Of a stretch of DNA of 64,000 bases, positions 40,279 to 52,743 are shown piece after piece; position 1 is the stretch's first letter; every line of letters begins with the position of its first letter. A model generated the notes under the pieces. The model saw only the letters and a list, made by a program, of their open reading frames with translations. It was not told where the DNA came from and did not search any database. Origin of the DNA: Octopus sinensis (lineage: Eukaryota); assembly GCF_006345805.1 (NCBI RefSeq), contig NC_043019.1, forward strand, positions 32,735,360-32,799,359. Reading direction: 5' to 3'. The position numbers and the translations under genes were made by a program.

Positions 40279-40799
40279 GTAGAGGCACGTGGCTTAGTGG
40301 TTAGGGTGTTAGCATCATGATCGTAAGATTGTGGTTTCGATTCCTGGACCGCGCGACACGTTGTGTTCTTGAGCAAAACACTTCATTTCACGTTGTTCCA
40401 GTCCACTCAGCTGGCAAAAATGAGTGACACTGCGATGGACTGGCGTCCTGTCCAGCTGGGGAACACATACGCCATTTAAACTGGGAAACCAGGCCCATGA
40501 GCCTGGCTAGGCTTTAAAAGGGCGCATTTTTTGTGGAGGTGCATGGCTTAGTGGTTAGGGTGTCAGCATCATGATCGTAAGATTGTGGTTTTGATTCCTG
40601 GACCGTGCAACGCGTTGTGTTCTTGAGCAAAACACTTCATTTCACATTGCTCCAGTTCACTCAGCTGGCAAAAATGAGTAATGGTGTGATGGACTGGCGT
40701 CCCATCCAGTTGGGGAACACATGCGCCATTTAAACCGGGAAACCGGGCCCTTGAGCTAGGCTATGCCTTAAAAGGGCACATTTATTAAAAAAAAAAAAG
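40279..40799 (+). mobile_element. Head-to-tail dimer of a tRNA-derived SINE inside one 12-bp TSD
   Basis: Monomers at 40279 and 40533, each with A box TGGCTTAGTGG and a B-box-like motif; AACCTTATTTCT at 40267-40278 and 40800-40811. Confidence 0.85.
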
Positions 40800-41003
40800 A
40801 ACCTTATTTCTAACGAAAATACACCCCTTTTTCCTTTTTACTCTGATTTGCAACACAACCAAGAATTATGAATTTAAAATATTTCCTTTTCTTGATTATG
40901 CTTCCAAAATGTAATGAATTAAACAATTAAGAGTTTTCTTTTTTCTTTTTAAAGTTATGCATGTGTTTCACCTGTTATTCTTGTTCCTTTCTTGTTCCTT
41001 CAG

Positions 41004-41080
41004 GTAGCTGCTTCTGTTGTGTGGCTTTGAAACCTCGCTATAAAAGATTAGTGGATAATATATTTCCCACCGATCCACAG
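41004..41080 (+). CDS. EFR3: EFR3 coding exon with N-terminal Cys cluster (GSCFCCVALKPRYKRLVDNIFPTDPQ)
   Basis: Matches the conserved EFR3 CCxxLRPRYKRLVDNIFP motif; CTTCAG acceptor, GTCAGT donor; 77 nt, phase 1 to 0. Confidence 0.95.
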
Positions 41081-41587
41081 GTCAGTAGCTTATTACTATT
41101 ATTATTATTATTGTTATTATTATAATTATGTGGCATGCTGGCAGAATTGGGCAAGACTTCTGCCCACCCCCAAAAACCACCCTTTTTAAAGACTTTTTTT
41201 TTTTTCGACACAAACCCTCCCCTTTTCAGTTATGGGGAATACGAATCTCCAAAAGAATTGGCATTTCTAAATTACCACACCACCACCCCCATTTCCTTCA
41301 TTTTGAACGTTTTTCAGAATTTTTTTTCTCAAACTATGCAGAAAAATACGGAGATCATGATTCTGAAACAAAATTTCCAAAAATCTTTGTAACAAATTTT
41401 TTTTTTAAGAATTTTTTTTCTTTTCTAAATATGCAGAAAAATATGGACATCAGGATTCGGACAAAAATTTCAAAACATTTCTGTACTTACGGTTATGGTG
41501 TTAGGGTTTTAGGGTTAGTGTTGCGGAAAAAAGTCAAAATTGAAGAAGTTGGGGTGGGGATCCACAATGCTCAATTTTGGCAATTTT

Positions 41588-43306
41588 CTGGAAGTGCACC
41601 CCCTAAGCAAGTTTCGTGGAAGCACACCCTCCAAGCAAGCTTTGTGGAAGCGCACCCTGCAAGCAAGCTTTGTGGAAGCGCACCCTCCGAGGAAGCTTCA
41701 TGGAAGCGCACCCTCCAAGGAAGCTTCATGCAAGCGCACCCTCCAAGGAAGCTTCATGCAAGCACACCCTCCAAGGAAGCTTCATGGAAGCGCACCCTCC
41801 AAGGAAGCTTCATGGAAGCGCATCCTCCAAGGAAGTTTCATAGAAGCGCACACACCAAGCAAGTTTCATGGAAGCGCACCCTCTAAGCAAGTTTCATGGA
41901 AGAGCACCCTCCAAGCAAGCTTTGTGGAGCGACCCTCCAAGGGACGTTAGAAGCGCACCCCGTAAGCAAGTTTAAGTGCACCCTAAAAGCAAGTTTCATG
42001 GAAGCGCACCCCGTAAGCAAGTTTCATGGAAGTGCACCCTATAAGCAAGTTTCATGGAAGTGCACCCTATAAGCAAGTTTCATGGAAGCGCACCCTCCAA
42101 GCAAGCTTTGTGGAAGCGCACCCTCCAAGGAAGCTTCATGGAAGCGCACCCCGTAAGCAAGTTTCATGGAAGTGCACCCTCCAAGCAAGCTTTGTGGAAG
42201 CGCACCCTGCAAGCAAGCTTTGTGGAAGCGCACCCTCCGAGGAAGCTTCATGGAAGCGCACCCTCCAAGGAAGCTTCATGCAAGCGCACCCTCCAAGGAA
42301 GTTTCATGGAAGTGCACCCTCCAAGGAAGTTTCATGGAAGTGCACCCTCCAAGGAAGCTTCATGGAAGCGCATCCTCCAAGGAAGTTTCATAGAAGCGCA
42401 CCCACCAAGCAAGTTTCATGGAAGCGCACCCTCCAAGCAAGCTTTGTGGAAGCGCACCCTCCAAGGAAGCTTCATGGAAGCGCACCCCGTAAGCAAGTTT
42501 CATGGAAGTGCACCCTATAAGCAAGTTTCATGGAAGCGCACCCTCCAAGCAAGCTTTGTGGAAGTGCACCCTCCAAGGAAGCTTCATGGAAGCGCACCCC
42601 GTAAGCAAGTTTCATGGAAGTGCAACCTCCAAGCAAGTTTCGTCCAAGCACACCCTCTAAGCAAGTTTCATGGGAAGTGCACCCTCCAAGCAAGTTTCGT
42701 GCAAGCGCACCCCCTAAGCAAGTTTCATGGAAGTGCACCCTCTAAGCAAGTTTCGTCCAAGCACACCCTCTAAGCAAGTTTCATGGGAAGTGCACCCTCC
42801 AAGCAAGTTTCGTGCAAGCACACCCCCTAAGCAAGTTTCATGGAAGTGCACCCTCTAAGCAAGTTTCATGGGAAGTGCACCCTCCAAGCAAGTTTCGTGC
42901 AAGTGCACCCCCTAAGCAAGTTTCATGGAAGCGCACCCTCTAAGCAAGTTTCGTGGAAGCGCATCCTCCAAGCAAGCTTTGTGGAAGCGCACCCTCCAAG
43001 CAAGTTTCATGGAAGCGCACCCTCTAAGCAAGTTTCGTGGAAGCGCATCCTCCAAGCAAGCTTTGTGGAAGTGCACCCTCTAAGCAAGTTTCATGGGAAG
43101 TGCACCCTCCAAGCAAGTTTCGTGCAAGTGCACCCCCTAAGCAAGTTTCATGGAAGCGCACCCTCTAAGCAAGTTTCGTGGAAGCGCATCCTCCAAGCAA
43201 GCTTTGTGGAAGCGCACCCAATAAGCAAGTTTCGTGGAAGCACACCGTCCAAGCAAGCTTTGTGGAAGTGCACCCACCAAGCAAGTTTCGTGCAAGCGCA
43301 CCCTCT
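41588..43306. repeat. 28-bp minisatellite (GGAAGCGCACCCTCCAAGCAAGTTTCAT)n
   Basis: About 60 diverged units read directly. Confidence 0.95.
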
Positions 43307-43490
43307 TGTAATATTTTTCCCATGTTCACATTTCAATAATTGGTTTAGTTACTAAAGAACATGCAGCTCAGGTAGCAACTCACAATAAGCCAACAGAATC
43401 CTGTGTTAATGGATTACCTACCCTTGTCAACATATATGTTTTAACCTTGTACCCACCTTGCAGAAGCTGACCTGCTGTGCTCTTGATTAA

Positions 43491-44295
43491 CCCTTTAGCA
43501 TTCCATCTGGCTATATCCAGCTAAAATATTTAACTTGTTTCATATTGAAACTGGCCAGATCTGGTCTCTCACACCTACCATACAATGTCATTCTAAAAAT
43601 AAACAACATAGGCGTAGGAGTGGCTGTGTGGTAAGTAGCTTGGTTACGAACCACATGATTCCGGTTCAGACCCACTGCGTGGCACCTTGGGCAAGTGTCT
43701 TCTACTATAGCCTCGGGCTGACCAAAGCCTTGTGAGTGGATTTGGTAGACGGAAACTGAAAGAAGCCCGTCGTATATATATGTATATATATATGTGTGTG
43801 TGCGTGTTTGTCTGTGTTTGTCCCCCCCCCCAACATCACTTGACAACTGTTGCTGGTGTGTTTACGTCCCCGTTACTTAGCGGTTCGGCCAAAAGGAGAC
43901 CGATAAAATAAGTACTGGGCTTACAAAGAATAAGTCCTGGGGTCGATTTGATCGACTAAAGGCGGTGCTCCAGCATGGCCACAGTCACATGACTGAAACA
44001 AGTAAAAGAGTAAAAGAGAGAGAGTAACCATATCTTCCAAATCTTGAAGCATCAAGGTACTCTGTTTCATGTTGAAACTGGCCAGATCTGGTCTCTCACA
44101 CCTACCATAAAATGTCATTCTAAAAATGAACAACCATATCTTCCAAATCTTGAAACATCAAGGTACTCTGTTTTATGTTGCAACTGGCCACCTCTGGCCT
44201 CTCACCTCAACCCTACACCATCATTCTAAAACTAAGCAATTACATCATTGAAATCTGTAAGCTATAAAGATAATGCACGATTAATTCAGAAACAA
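43491..44295 (+). mobile_element. TTAA-flanked CCCTTTAGCATT MITE with internal repeats, interrupted by a family A SINE (43609-44026)
   Basis: TTAA at 43487-43490; MITE sequence resumes after the SINE tail. Confidence 0.75.
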
Positions 44296-47200
44296 TATTG
44301 TAGTTGTGATACCCGTAACGGTGGTACGTTGGGCCTCACAGAGGCAATGACAAAAGACTGAGACCTCTGAGATATGCTGTGACTGCGAAGACCCAACAAA
44401 TGAAGTGAGTTCAAGGCTCACAGGATGGCCTAGGGTGACCCACAGTGCTTGAGGAAACCTATTGCGTCAAGTACATCAACATCAAAATAAAAATCAAATG
44501 GAAATTGTAGTTGTGATACCTGTGCCGGTGGCATGTAAAAAGCATCATTCGAACGTGGCTGATGCCAGCGCCGCCTGACTGGCGTCTGTGTTGGTGACAT
44601 GTAAAAAGCACCAACTGATCGTGGCCGTATGCCAGCCTCCTCTGGCCCCTGTGCTGGTGGCACTTAAAAAGCACCCACTACACTCGCGGAGTGGTTGACG
44701 TTAGGAAGGGCATCCAGCTGTAGAAACACTGCCAGATGAGACTGGAGCCTGGCGCAGCCTACTGGCTTCCCAGAACCCGGTTGAACCATCCAGCCCATGC
44801 TAGCATGGAAAACTGACATTAAATGATGATGATGATGATGATTACATTCGACAGCATAAGTTGAATACGAAAAGGTTAAATGTGCTCTTCTGGGAAAGTT
44901 TCCCTTCAAACATTCCTTAAACAATCTAAGTATATAACTCGAAAACCCCACAATTTTTCTACCCACTACTGAACAACAGTAGTACAAGCAAAGAATACTT
45001 CCTGCAGTTCTTGGAAGCAATCATCTGCTTACACATATACTCAAAGCTCTGGCTCACATGTATGATAGTCCCAAGTTCAGTCCCATTGCATGGCACCTGG
45101 GGCCAATATCTTCTGTTCTAACCTTGGGCTGACCAAAGCTTTGCGAATGAATTTGGTAGATGGAAAATGAAAGAAATCCCTATTGTGTGTGTGATCGTCA
45201 TCATCATGTAGCATCTGTTTTTCATACTGGCACGGGTTAGATAGTTTCACTGGAACTGGTAAGCCAGAAAGTTGTATCTGGTTCCAGTCTGTTTTTCCTT
45301 GGTTTGTATGGCTGGATGCCCTTCCTAACACCAACCACTCCAAGACTATAGCAGGTGCCTTTTACATGTCATGTATGTGTGTATGTATTGTTTCCTATAC
45401 GTTTGTGTTTCCTTGGCATGACATTGCATGATAGTTGTGCAATAATTGCCTCCATCAAGCAAGCAGTGACATTCATTTCTAATATTTTGTGAGAGCATGT
45501 CTGGCCATGGGGGAATATTACTTAGCTTGGAATCAGGTAAAGGTTGGCGACATGAAGGACATTCAGCCATAGAAAACCTGTCTGACCCATGCAAGCATGG
45601 AAAAGTGGATGTTAAAATGATGATGATGATGACTGTAATGTCCTAGTGTTCTTTGGACTTTGTTGGTTTTGTATTACTCCCACTCAGGCACTCCTATTAT
45701 TTTGTTTAAGGTGGCGAGCTGGCAGAAACGTTAGCATGCCTGGCGAAATGCGTAGCCGTATTTCGTCTGTTGTTACGTTCCGAGTCCAAATTCTGCCGAG
45801 GTCGATTCTACCTTTCATCCTTTCGGGGTCGATAAATTAAGTACCAGTTACGCACTGGGGTCGATGTAATCGACTTAATCCCTTTGTCTGTCCTTGTTTG
45901 TCCCCTCTGTGTTTAGCCCCTTGTGGGTAGTAAAGAAATAATTATTTTGTTAAACTCCTTTGATACCAACCCATGTGAGACCATTCCTGGTTCTATGGCA
46001 GAATCTTCTTGTGTTAAAGTGACCTAAATTAAAACCGTCCATCAAAATTCTAGATTTATGCAATCTGAGAATGCACCAGCTTAATAATGACAAAAGTTAT
46101 TTTACAAAATTCTTTGTTATTTTCAAAATTAATTAGATTGTGCAGTGCACAGAAACATTGTCTGCTTCTCTGATTCTAGCACACAGGGTCAAGCTGAGAC
46201 TGGAGGAAGAAGCAGTGCCCATGGCCTTCACAGGTCCTTCAAAAATAGGGAGACAGAAATTGAAGCCATTAATGTTAAACTTAAACTGCAAATTAATGCC
46301 TGCAGGAAAGACACAAGCAGGGAAGAGATTCCAGGGAGTTGGCATTCTGGGGAGGATGGACAAGTAATCATGGTGCCAAGGGGTTTAACATTTTTGCTGC
46401 CATATTTCTATGCTCTTGTGGCAAAATTCGAAACCATCATCATCATCAATATTATAATTATCATTATTGTTAAGGCAGCAAGCTGGCAGAAACGCTAGCA
46501 TGCTAGACGAAATGCTTAGCGGTATTTCATCTATCTTTATGTTCTGAGTTCAAATTCTGCCAAGGTCATCTTTGCCTTTCATCCTTTTGAGGTTGATGAA
46601 TTAAGTACCAGTTGCATACTGGTGTCGATGTAATCGACTAGCCCCCTTCCCCCAAATTTCAGGCCCTGTGCCTATTGTAGAAAGGATTATTATTATTATT
46701 ATTCCCTTTGGAAATATATGAACAACATAAGGTCCTACATTACTTACGACATGATGCCACTATCTGCTAGAAATAGCAACCAAATCTCTCTCAAATTACA
46801 CCCTACATCTTAAAAAGTGGGAGATGGAGTGCATTTGAGTTTCCATATTTAGGGCTGACCTGTGGTTAAACAACTAGAACATAAGGGTACAAGCCAACTA
46901 GGGTGCTGCTATGCATTCATTCACTTTACTAGAAATAGCAACCAAGTTTCCTTCAACATACCCACTGCCATTTTGGAAAAAAAAAAATAAAAGAAACACA
47001 TTTGATATGTTTTAAAATGGGGAGGATGGTCACTGGTGGAATACCTATTTCTTTACTACCCACAAGGGGCTAAAGACAGAGAGGACAAAGAAGGACAGAC
47101 AAATGGATTAAGTCGATTACATCGACCCCAGTGCGTAACTGGTACTTATTTAATCGACCCCGAAAGGATGAAAGGCAAAGTTGACCTCGGCAGAATTTGA

Positions 47201-48181
47201 ACTCAGAACGTAACGACAGACAAAATACCTATTTCTTTATTACCCACAAGGGGCTAAACACAGAGAAGACAAACAAGGACAGACAAACGGATTAAGTCGA
47301 TTACATCAACTCCAGTGCATAACTGGTACTTATTTAATCGACCCCGAAAGGATGAAAGGCAAAGTCGACCATGGCGGAATTTGAACTCAGAACGTAGCGG
47401 CAAATGAAATACGGCTACGCATTTCGCCCGGCGTGCTAACGATTCCGCCAGCTCACCGCCTTAACCAGCTCGATCATAGAGCTGCTTATGCAGACGAAGA
47501 ATGACTCATTCGATGATGTAGTCCTAGATACATTATGTCAAAATAGAAATCATGCCTTGAGTACCTTTGATTACAGATCTGCTTACCCTTGGTTGACTAG
47601 AGCTAAACAGCCTACATAAGGCCTTGTTCTTAGTTAACACAACCTGTTATTAATGACATTAAAGTGATCATAATCATTATTATTAGCAGCAGTACCACCA
47701 CCACCACCACCACCATCATCACTATTATTCAGCTAATCCAGGTAGTGTTCTTCTAATATCAAACTTAAGAGCATTAGCAGGTTTAACCTATCTTTCTCTC
47801 ACTTATGTCTTTTTCTTTCTTTTTGTCTATATCTGTCTCTGACATTCTGTTATTCTTTCATTCAATAATTTTTTTTGTTCACTTATTCTCATCGTCATCG
47901 TCATCCTCTAACATCCATTTTCCATGCTGGCATAGATCGGACAGTAGTATTTCACCCATCATTATGTTCCAAGTTCAAATTCTGCCGAGGTCAACTTTAC
48001 CGTTCATCCTTTCGGGGGGGTAGATTAAATAAGTACCAGTTGAGTACAGGGATCGATACAATTGACCATTCCCCACCCTGAAATCTCAGACTTTGTGCTC
48101 ATAGTAGAGAGAATTATCATCGTCATTATCGTCATTTATTATTATTCGTTTGACATTTTGTTTTTATTGATTTATTTCCAG

Positions 48182-48312
48182 GATGGCTTGGTTAAAAGCA
48201 ATATGGAAAAACTGTTATTTTATGCCCTCAGTACACCTGAAAAGTTGGACCGAATTGGAGAGTATCTGGCACAGCGTGTTAACAGAGATATTCATCGACA
48301 TCGACGAATAGG
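48182..48312 (+). CDS. EFR3: EFR3 coding exon (DGLVKSNMEKLLFYALSTPEKLDRIGEYLAQRVNRDIHRHRRI-G)
   Basis: Strong match to known EFR3; TTCCAG acceptor, GTAAGG donor; 131 nt, phase 0 to 2. Confidence 0.97.
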
Positions 48313-48352
48313 GTAAGGATAAAAACGTCTTGCATTTGGCTTGTTGAACCCC

Positions 48353-48975
48353 AGGTCTGCCTTAATGGTACAGGCCTATTATAATAGGTCTGCCTTAATG
48401 CTATGGACCTATTATAATAGGTCTGCCTTAATGGTACAGGCCTATTATAGTAGGTCTGCCTTAATGCTATGGACCTATTATAATAGGTCTGCCTTAATGG
48501 TATACACCTATTATAATAGGTCTGCCTTAATGGTATAGACCTATTATAATAAGTCTGCCTTAATGGTATAGACCTATTGTAATAAGTCTGCCTTAATGGT
48601 ATAGACCTATTGTAATAAGTCTGCCTTAATGGTATAGACCTATTGTAATAAGTCTGCCTTAATGGTATAGACCTATTGTAATAAGTCTGCCTTAATGGTA
48701 TACACCTATTATAATAGGTCTGCCTTAATGGTATACACCTATTATAATAGGTCTGCATTAATGGTATACACCTATTATAATAGCTCTGCCTTAATGGTAT
48801 GGATCTATTATAATAGGTCTGCCTTAATGGTATAGAACTTTTATAAGTCTGCCTTAATGGTATACAACTATTATAATAAGTCTGCCTTAATGGTATAGAC
48901 CTATTATAATAGGTCTGCTTTAATGGTATACACCTATTATAATAGGTCTGCCTTAATGGTATAGACCTATTATAA
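48353..48975. repeat. 33-bp palindromic minisatellite, about 19 units
   Basis: Consensus contains the perfect 20-bp palindrome AGACCTATTATAATAGGTCT plus spacer GCCTTAATGGTAT. Confidence 0.95.
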
Positions 48976-49105
48976 GAACTTCCAGGTATGACAGTATCAA
49001 CTTTTTTTTGTATTTTAAGACTATTGATGAATATTTTTTTTACTTTTGTTGATAAATTACTGCTTTCTTTAATTCTGTTTTTTTTTTTTTTATATATATT
49101 TTCAG

Positions 49106-49256
49106 ATTTGTCTTCCTTGCAATGGATGCCTTAGACCAGCTTCTAGTGGCCTGCCATGCTCAAGCCATTAATTTATTTGTGGAGAGCTATCTTAAGATGG
49201 TGCAGAAGTTGCTCGAGTACGACAACGTGGACCTGCAGATTCTTGCCACATCTTCA
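49106..49256 (+). CDS. EFR3: EFR3 coding exon (FVFLAMDALDQLLVACHAQAINLFVESYLKMVQKLLEYDNVDLQILATSS)
   Basis: Homology; TTTCAG acceptor, GTAAGT donor; 151 nt, phase 2 to 0. Confidence 0.97.
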
Positions 49257-49861
49257 GTAAGTGTCGCTCAAATTATTCCAAGACGGGTGCAGCTGCAGCA
49301 GCTCGGTAAGATGCTGGCTTTCCAAACACATAATTTCGGTTTCAGTCCCATTGCATGGCAAATGTTTTCTACACCAGCTCTGGGTCATGTGAGTGGATGT
49401 GGGAAAACAGAAACTGAAACTGAAAGAAGCTCATTTGCATATGTATATACTCTTTTACTCTTTTTTACTTGTTTCAGTCATTTGACTGCGGCCATGCTGG
49501 AGCACCGCCTTTAGTCGAGCAAATTGACCCCCGGTACTTATTCTTTTGTAAGCCCAGTACTTATTCTATCGGTCTCTTTTGCCGAACCGCTAAGTGACGG
49601 GGACATAAGCACACCAGCATCAGTTGTCAAGCAATGCTAGCGGGACAAACACAGACACACATACACGCACACACATATATATATACATATATACGACGGG
49701 CTTCTTTCAGTTTCCGTCTACCAAATCCACTCACAAGGCATTGGTCGGCCCGGGGCTATAGCAGAAGACACTTGCCCAAGATGCCACACAGTGGGACTGA
49801 ACCCGGAACCATGTGGTTGGTTAGCAAGCTACTTACCACACAGCCACTCCTGCGCCTATAT

Positions 49862-50610
49862 ATTATTATTGAGTGAGAGAGCAGTGCATGCCATCAAAGT
49901 AACACTAGGGTACAAATATACGAGGTCCAGTATACCCATCGTGACCTACCTGTCTGATAAGGGCATACCAGGTACATGAATCACAACCATATGTGCGCAA
50001 TATGGTGACCTTGTATCAAGATAAATTGTGCATGACCTTGAATGTGCATGGCCTTGAAGGTGCATGGCCTTGAAGATGCATGGCCTTGAAGGTGCATGGC
50101 CTTGAATGTGCATGGCCTTGAAGGTACATGACCTTGAAGGTGCATGGCCTTGAAGGTACATGACCTTGAAGGTGCATGGCCTTGAAGGTGCATGGCCTTG
50201 AAGGTGAATGGCCTTGAAGGTGCATGGCCTTGAAGATGCATGACCTTGAATGTGCATGGCCTTGAAGGTACATGACCTTGAAGGTACATGACCTTGCAGG
50301 TGCATGACCTTGCAGGTGCATGACCTTGCAGGTGCATGACCTTGAAGGTGCATGACTTTGCAGTTAGAATTTTCTTCAGGTCAAGTAGCCCATCTTGCTC
50401 GAAAGGTCTCCCTAAGGATGATGACCGAAACACCCATGTTTCCGGAGGTGAATTATCCAAACCCCAAAGAATTCCTCCCAACACATGGCTATGATGCTCC
50501 TCCACTTCTCCTGTTCACGGTCAGAGATGCACATATTGTCTGCCACTAAGGGACATGCTCAACTGGTTATGGTCAAACATCTGACGAGCAACTCTGTGGT
50601 ACTGGGCATT
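49862..50610 (-). mobile_element. Dispersed repeat, probably a LINE 3'UTR with (TAA)n tail, hosting a 16-bp minisatellite at 50028-50360
   Basis: ATTATTATTG end; (TGCATGGCCTTGAAGG)n read directly; LINE assignment is inference. Confidence 0.5.
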
Positions 50611-50729
50611 GCTGCTGTTATTCTTTTAGCAGAGTAATAGTAGTAACCTGTTGTTAGAACTTATTCTATGAATGCTTCAGAGAAAAGCATTACTTGAGTA
50701 TAGAGCGTAATATGAGATTATATATACAT

Positions 50730-50776
<47 letters not shown>

Positions 50777-51496
50777 AAGGATGAAAAGGAACACATGAGT
50801 TGATATATATGAAAAATCAAGTCAGGATAGAAAATGCTAAACTGATTTTATAAAGAACATTTCAGTACCGGTTTCGGTCATTGAGACCTTTTCAACTGTA
50901 ACAATTAAGTAATTAAATTTAGAAAAATTAAAAGAAAAGTTTTTTTAAAAGAATATTTGTATAGTGTTCAAATACAAGTGGCATTTTCCTTGTTTCAACC
51001 ATTCTCTGTCTCTAACGACCTCAAACCCACAAGAGTAAACAAGAGAGACAGAGAAAGGCACCTATATACATAGGTGCAAGTATGGCCGTGTGGTAAGAAG
51101 TCTACTTCCCAACCATATGGTTCCAGGTTCAGTCCCACTCAGTGGTACTTTGGGCAAGTGTTTTGGATTGATCAAAGCCAAGTGAGTGGATTTGGTAGAT
51201 GGAAACTGAAGGAAGCCCGTTATATATATATATACATCTGTGTGTGTGTGTGTGTCTTTGTGTATGTGCTTGTCCCCACCACCATTTGACAACCGGTGTT
51301 TGTTTGTTTATGTCCCTGTAAGTTAGCAATATGATAAGTATAAGGGTTGACAAATTCTTCAAGGTGATGCTCCAGCATTGACTGTAGTCTAATGACTGAA
51401 ACGAGACAAAAAAAAGTGTGTGTGTGTGTGTTTCTTTTGACATCACGTGGTAATTGTAAAATGGCGTCTGAATATTTTTCTTTCTCTTTTTACCAG

Positions 51497-51618
51497 TTTG
51501 TAAAATTTACCAACATAGAGGAAGATACACCATCATACCATCGTCGTTACGATTTCTTTGTGTCACGCTTTAGTGCCATGTGTCATTGTGATGAAGTTTC
51601 CGAAAGTGACCGACTCAA
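51497..51618 (+). CDS. EFR3: EFR3 coding exon (FVKFTNIEEDTPSYHRRYDFFVSRFSAMCHCDEVSESDRL-K)
   Basis: Near-identical to the EFR3 signature NIEEDTPSYHRRYDFFVSRFSAMCH; TACCAG acceptor, GTATGT donor; 122 nt, phase 0 to 2. Confidence 0.98.
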
Positions 51619-51713
51619 GTATGTGTTGCGTTGCAAAAACGCGAGAAATGGATCTCTTTTTACAATCTGTGAATTTTCTGTTTTGCCTTCACCTGTACTT
51701 TGTGCATTTTCAG

Positions 51714-51767
<54 letters not shown>

Positions 51768-51771
<4 letters not shown>

Positions 51772-52387
51772 GCAGTATCGCCCGGCGTTGCTCGGTTTGT
51801 AAGGGAAATAACTATAAAGCATTTTTAGAGAGTTATAGCCAAAAAATAGGAAAAAAAATGATGGTAAATTTTTTTTTGATAGTTAAAAAGGTCGAGTTGC
51901 GTCCCCTAGACCATCTGTGGTTTGTGTTTCTGATTGTCGACCCCCATGTCGAATTTATCGATCTTTTTCAGAACTGGGGGAACTTTTCAAAATTTTCGCT
52001 GCGTTAGTTTTGAATTATGACATTGGGCTATGTGTGTGTCAAGTTTCATCAGAATCGGTTGAAAGCCGTGGCCAAAAAATAGCAAAAAAATGGGGGAAAA
52101 AATGATGGTAAATTTTTTTTTGATAGTTAAAAAGGTCGAGTTGCGTCCCCTAGACCATCTGTGGTTTGTGTTTCTGATTGTCGACCCCATGGTCGAATTT
52201 ATCGATCTTTTTCAGACCTGGGGAACTTTTCAAAATTTTCGCTGCGTTAGTTTTGAATTATGACATTGGGCTGTGTGTGTGTCAAGTTTCATCAGAATTG
52301 GTTGAAAGCTGTGGTCAGAGTGAGGGTACAACCAAACAGACACACAGAAACACACACAGACAAACTGCCATTTATATAGAGAGAGAT
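51768..52387 (+). mobile_element. Non-autonomous Helitron-like element with internal duplication
   Basis: AGTAGCAGTATCGCCCGGCGTTGCTCGG start; CAAGTTTCATCAGAATCGG core; CAGACA-rich end; TATAGAGAGAGAT terminus. Confidence 0.6.
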
Positions 52388-52543
52388 TATATTAAATTAG
52401 AGATAAAACCACTATTAGGCAAATCAAACAGTGAAAATCATAAGCCAATACATAGAAATAAAATTAATTAAAAAATATAAAATATAAAAGTCCAATTAAA
52501 ATATTTAAATTAAAGTTAAAATTTTAAAAAATTATCTAAATTA

Positions 52544-52684
52544 TTAGGTTGTCCCAAAAGTTCGTAAACACTTGCGAAAATTGAATTTTTACTCGCCAAG
52601 TACTAACAAAAACAACAAAAATTATTCCTCAAAATAAAGACCATTATTTTCCAAGACTTTCTACGAACTTTTGGGACAACCTTA
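52544..52684. mobile_element. 141-bp mariner-like MITE
   Basis: TA flanks; 23-bp TIR TTAGGTTGTCCCAAAAGTTCGTA with 1 mismatch. Confidence 0.85.
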
Positions 52685-52711
52685 TAATAAATTAAACTTA
52701 TAAATTTTAAA

Positions 52712-52743
<32 letters not shown>

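Noticed and set aside
41497-41522. Telomere-like TTAGGG
   Set aside because: Only one or two imperfect units
48295-48312. Extra Arg in HRHRRIG relative to human EFR3A
   Set aside because: Single in-frame residue in a CATCGA micro-duplication; unremarkable
48353-48975. CRISPR-like repeat-spacer array (also 24.5, 41.6, 50.0 and 58.9 kb arrays)
   Set aside because: Spacers are near-identical, there are no cas genes, and the context is a eukaryotic intron
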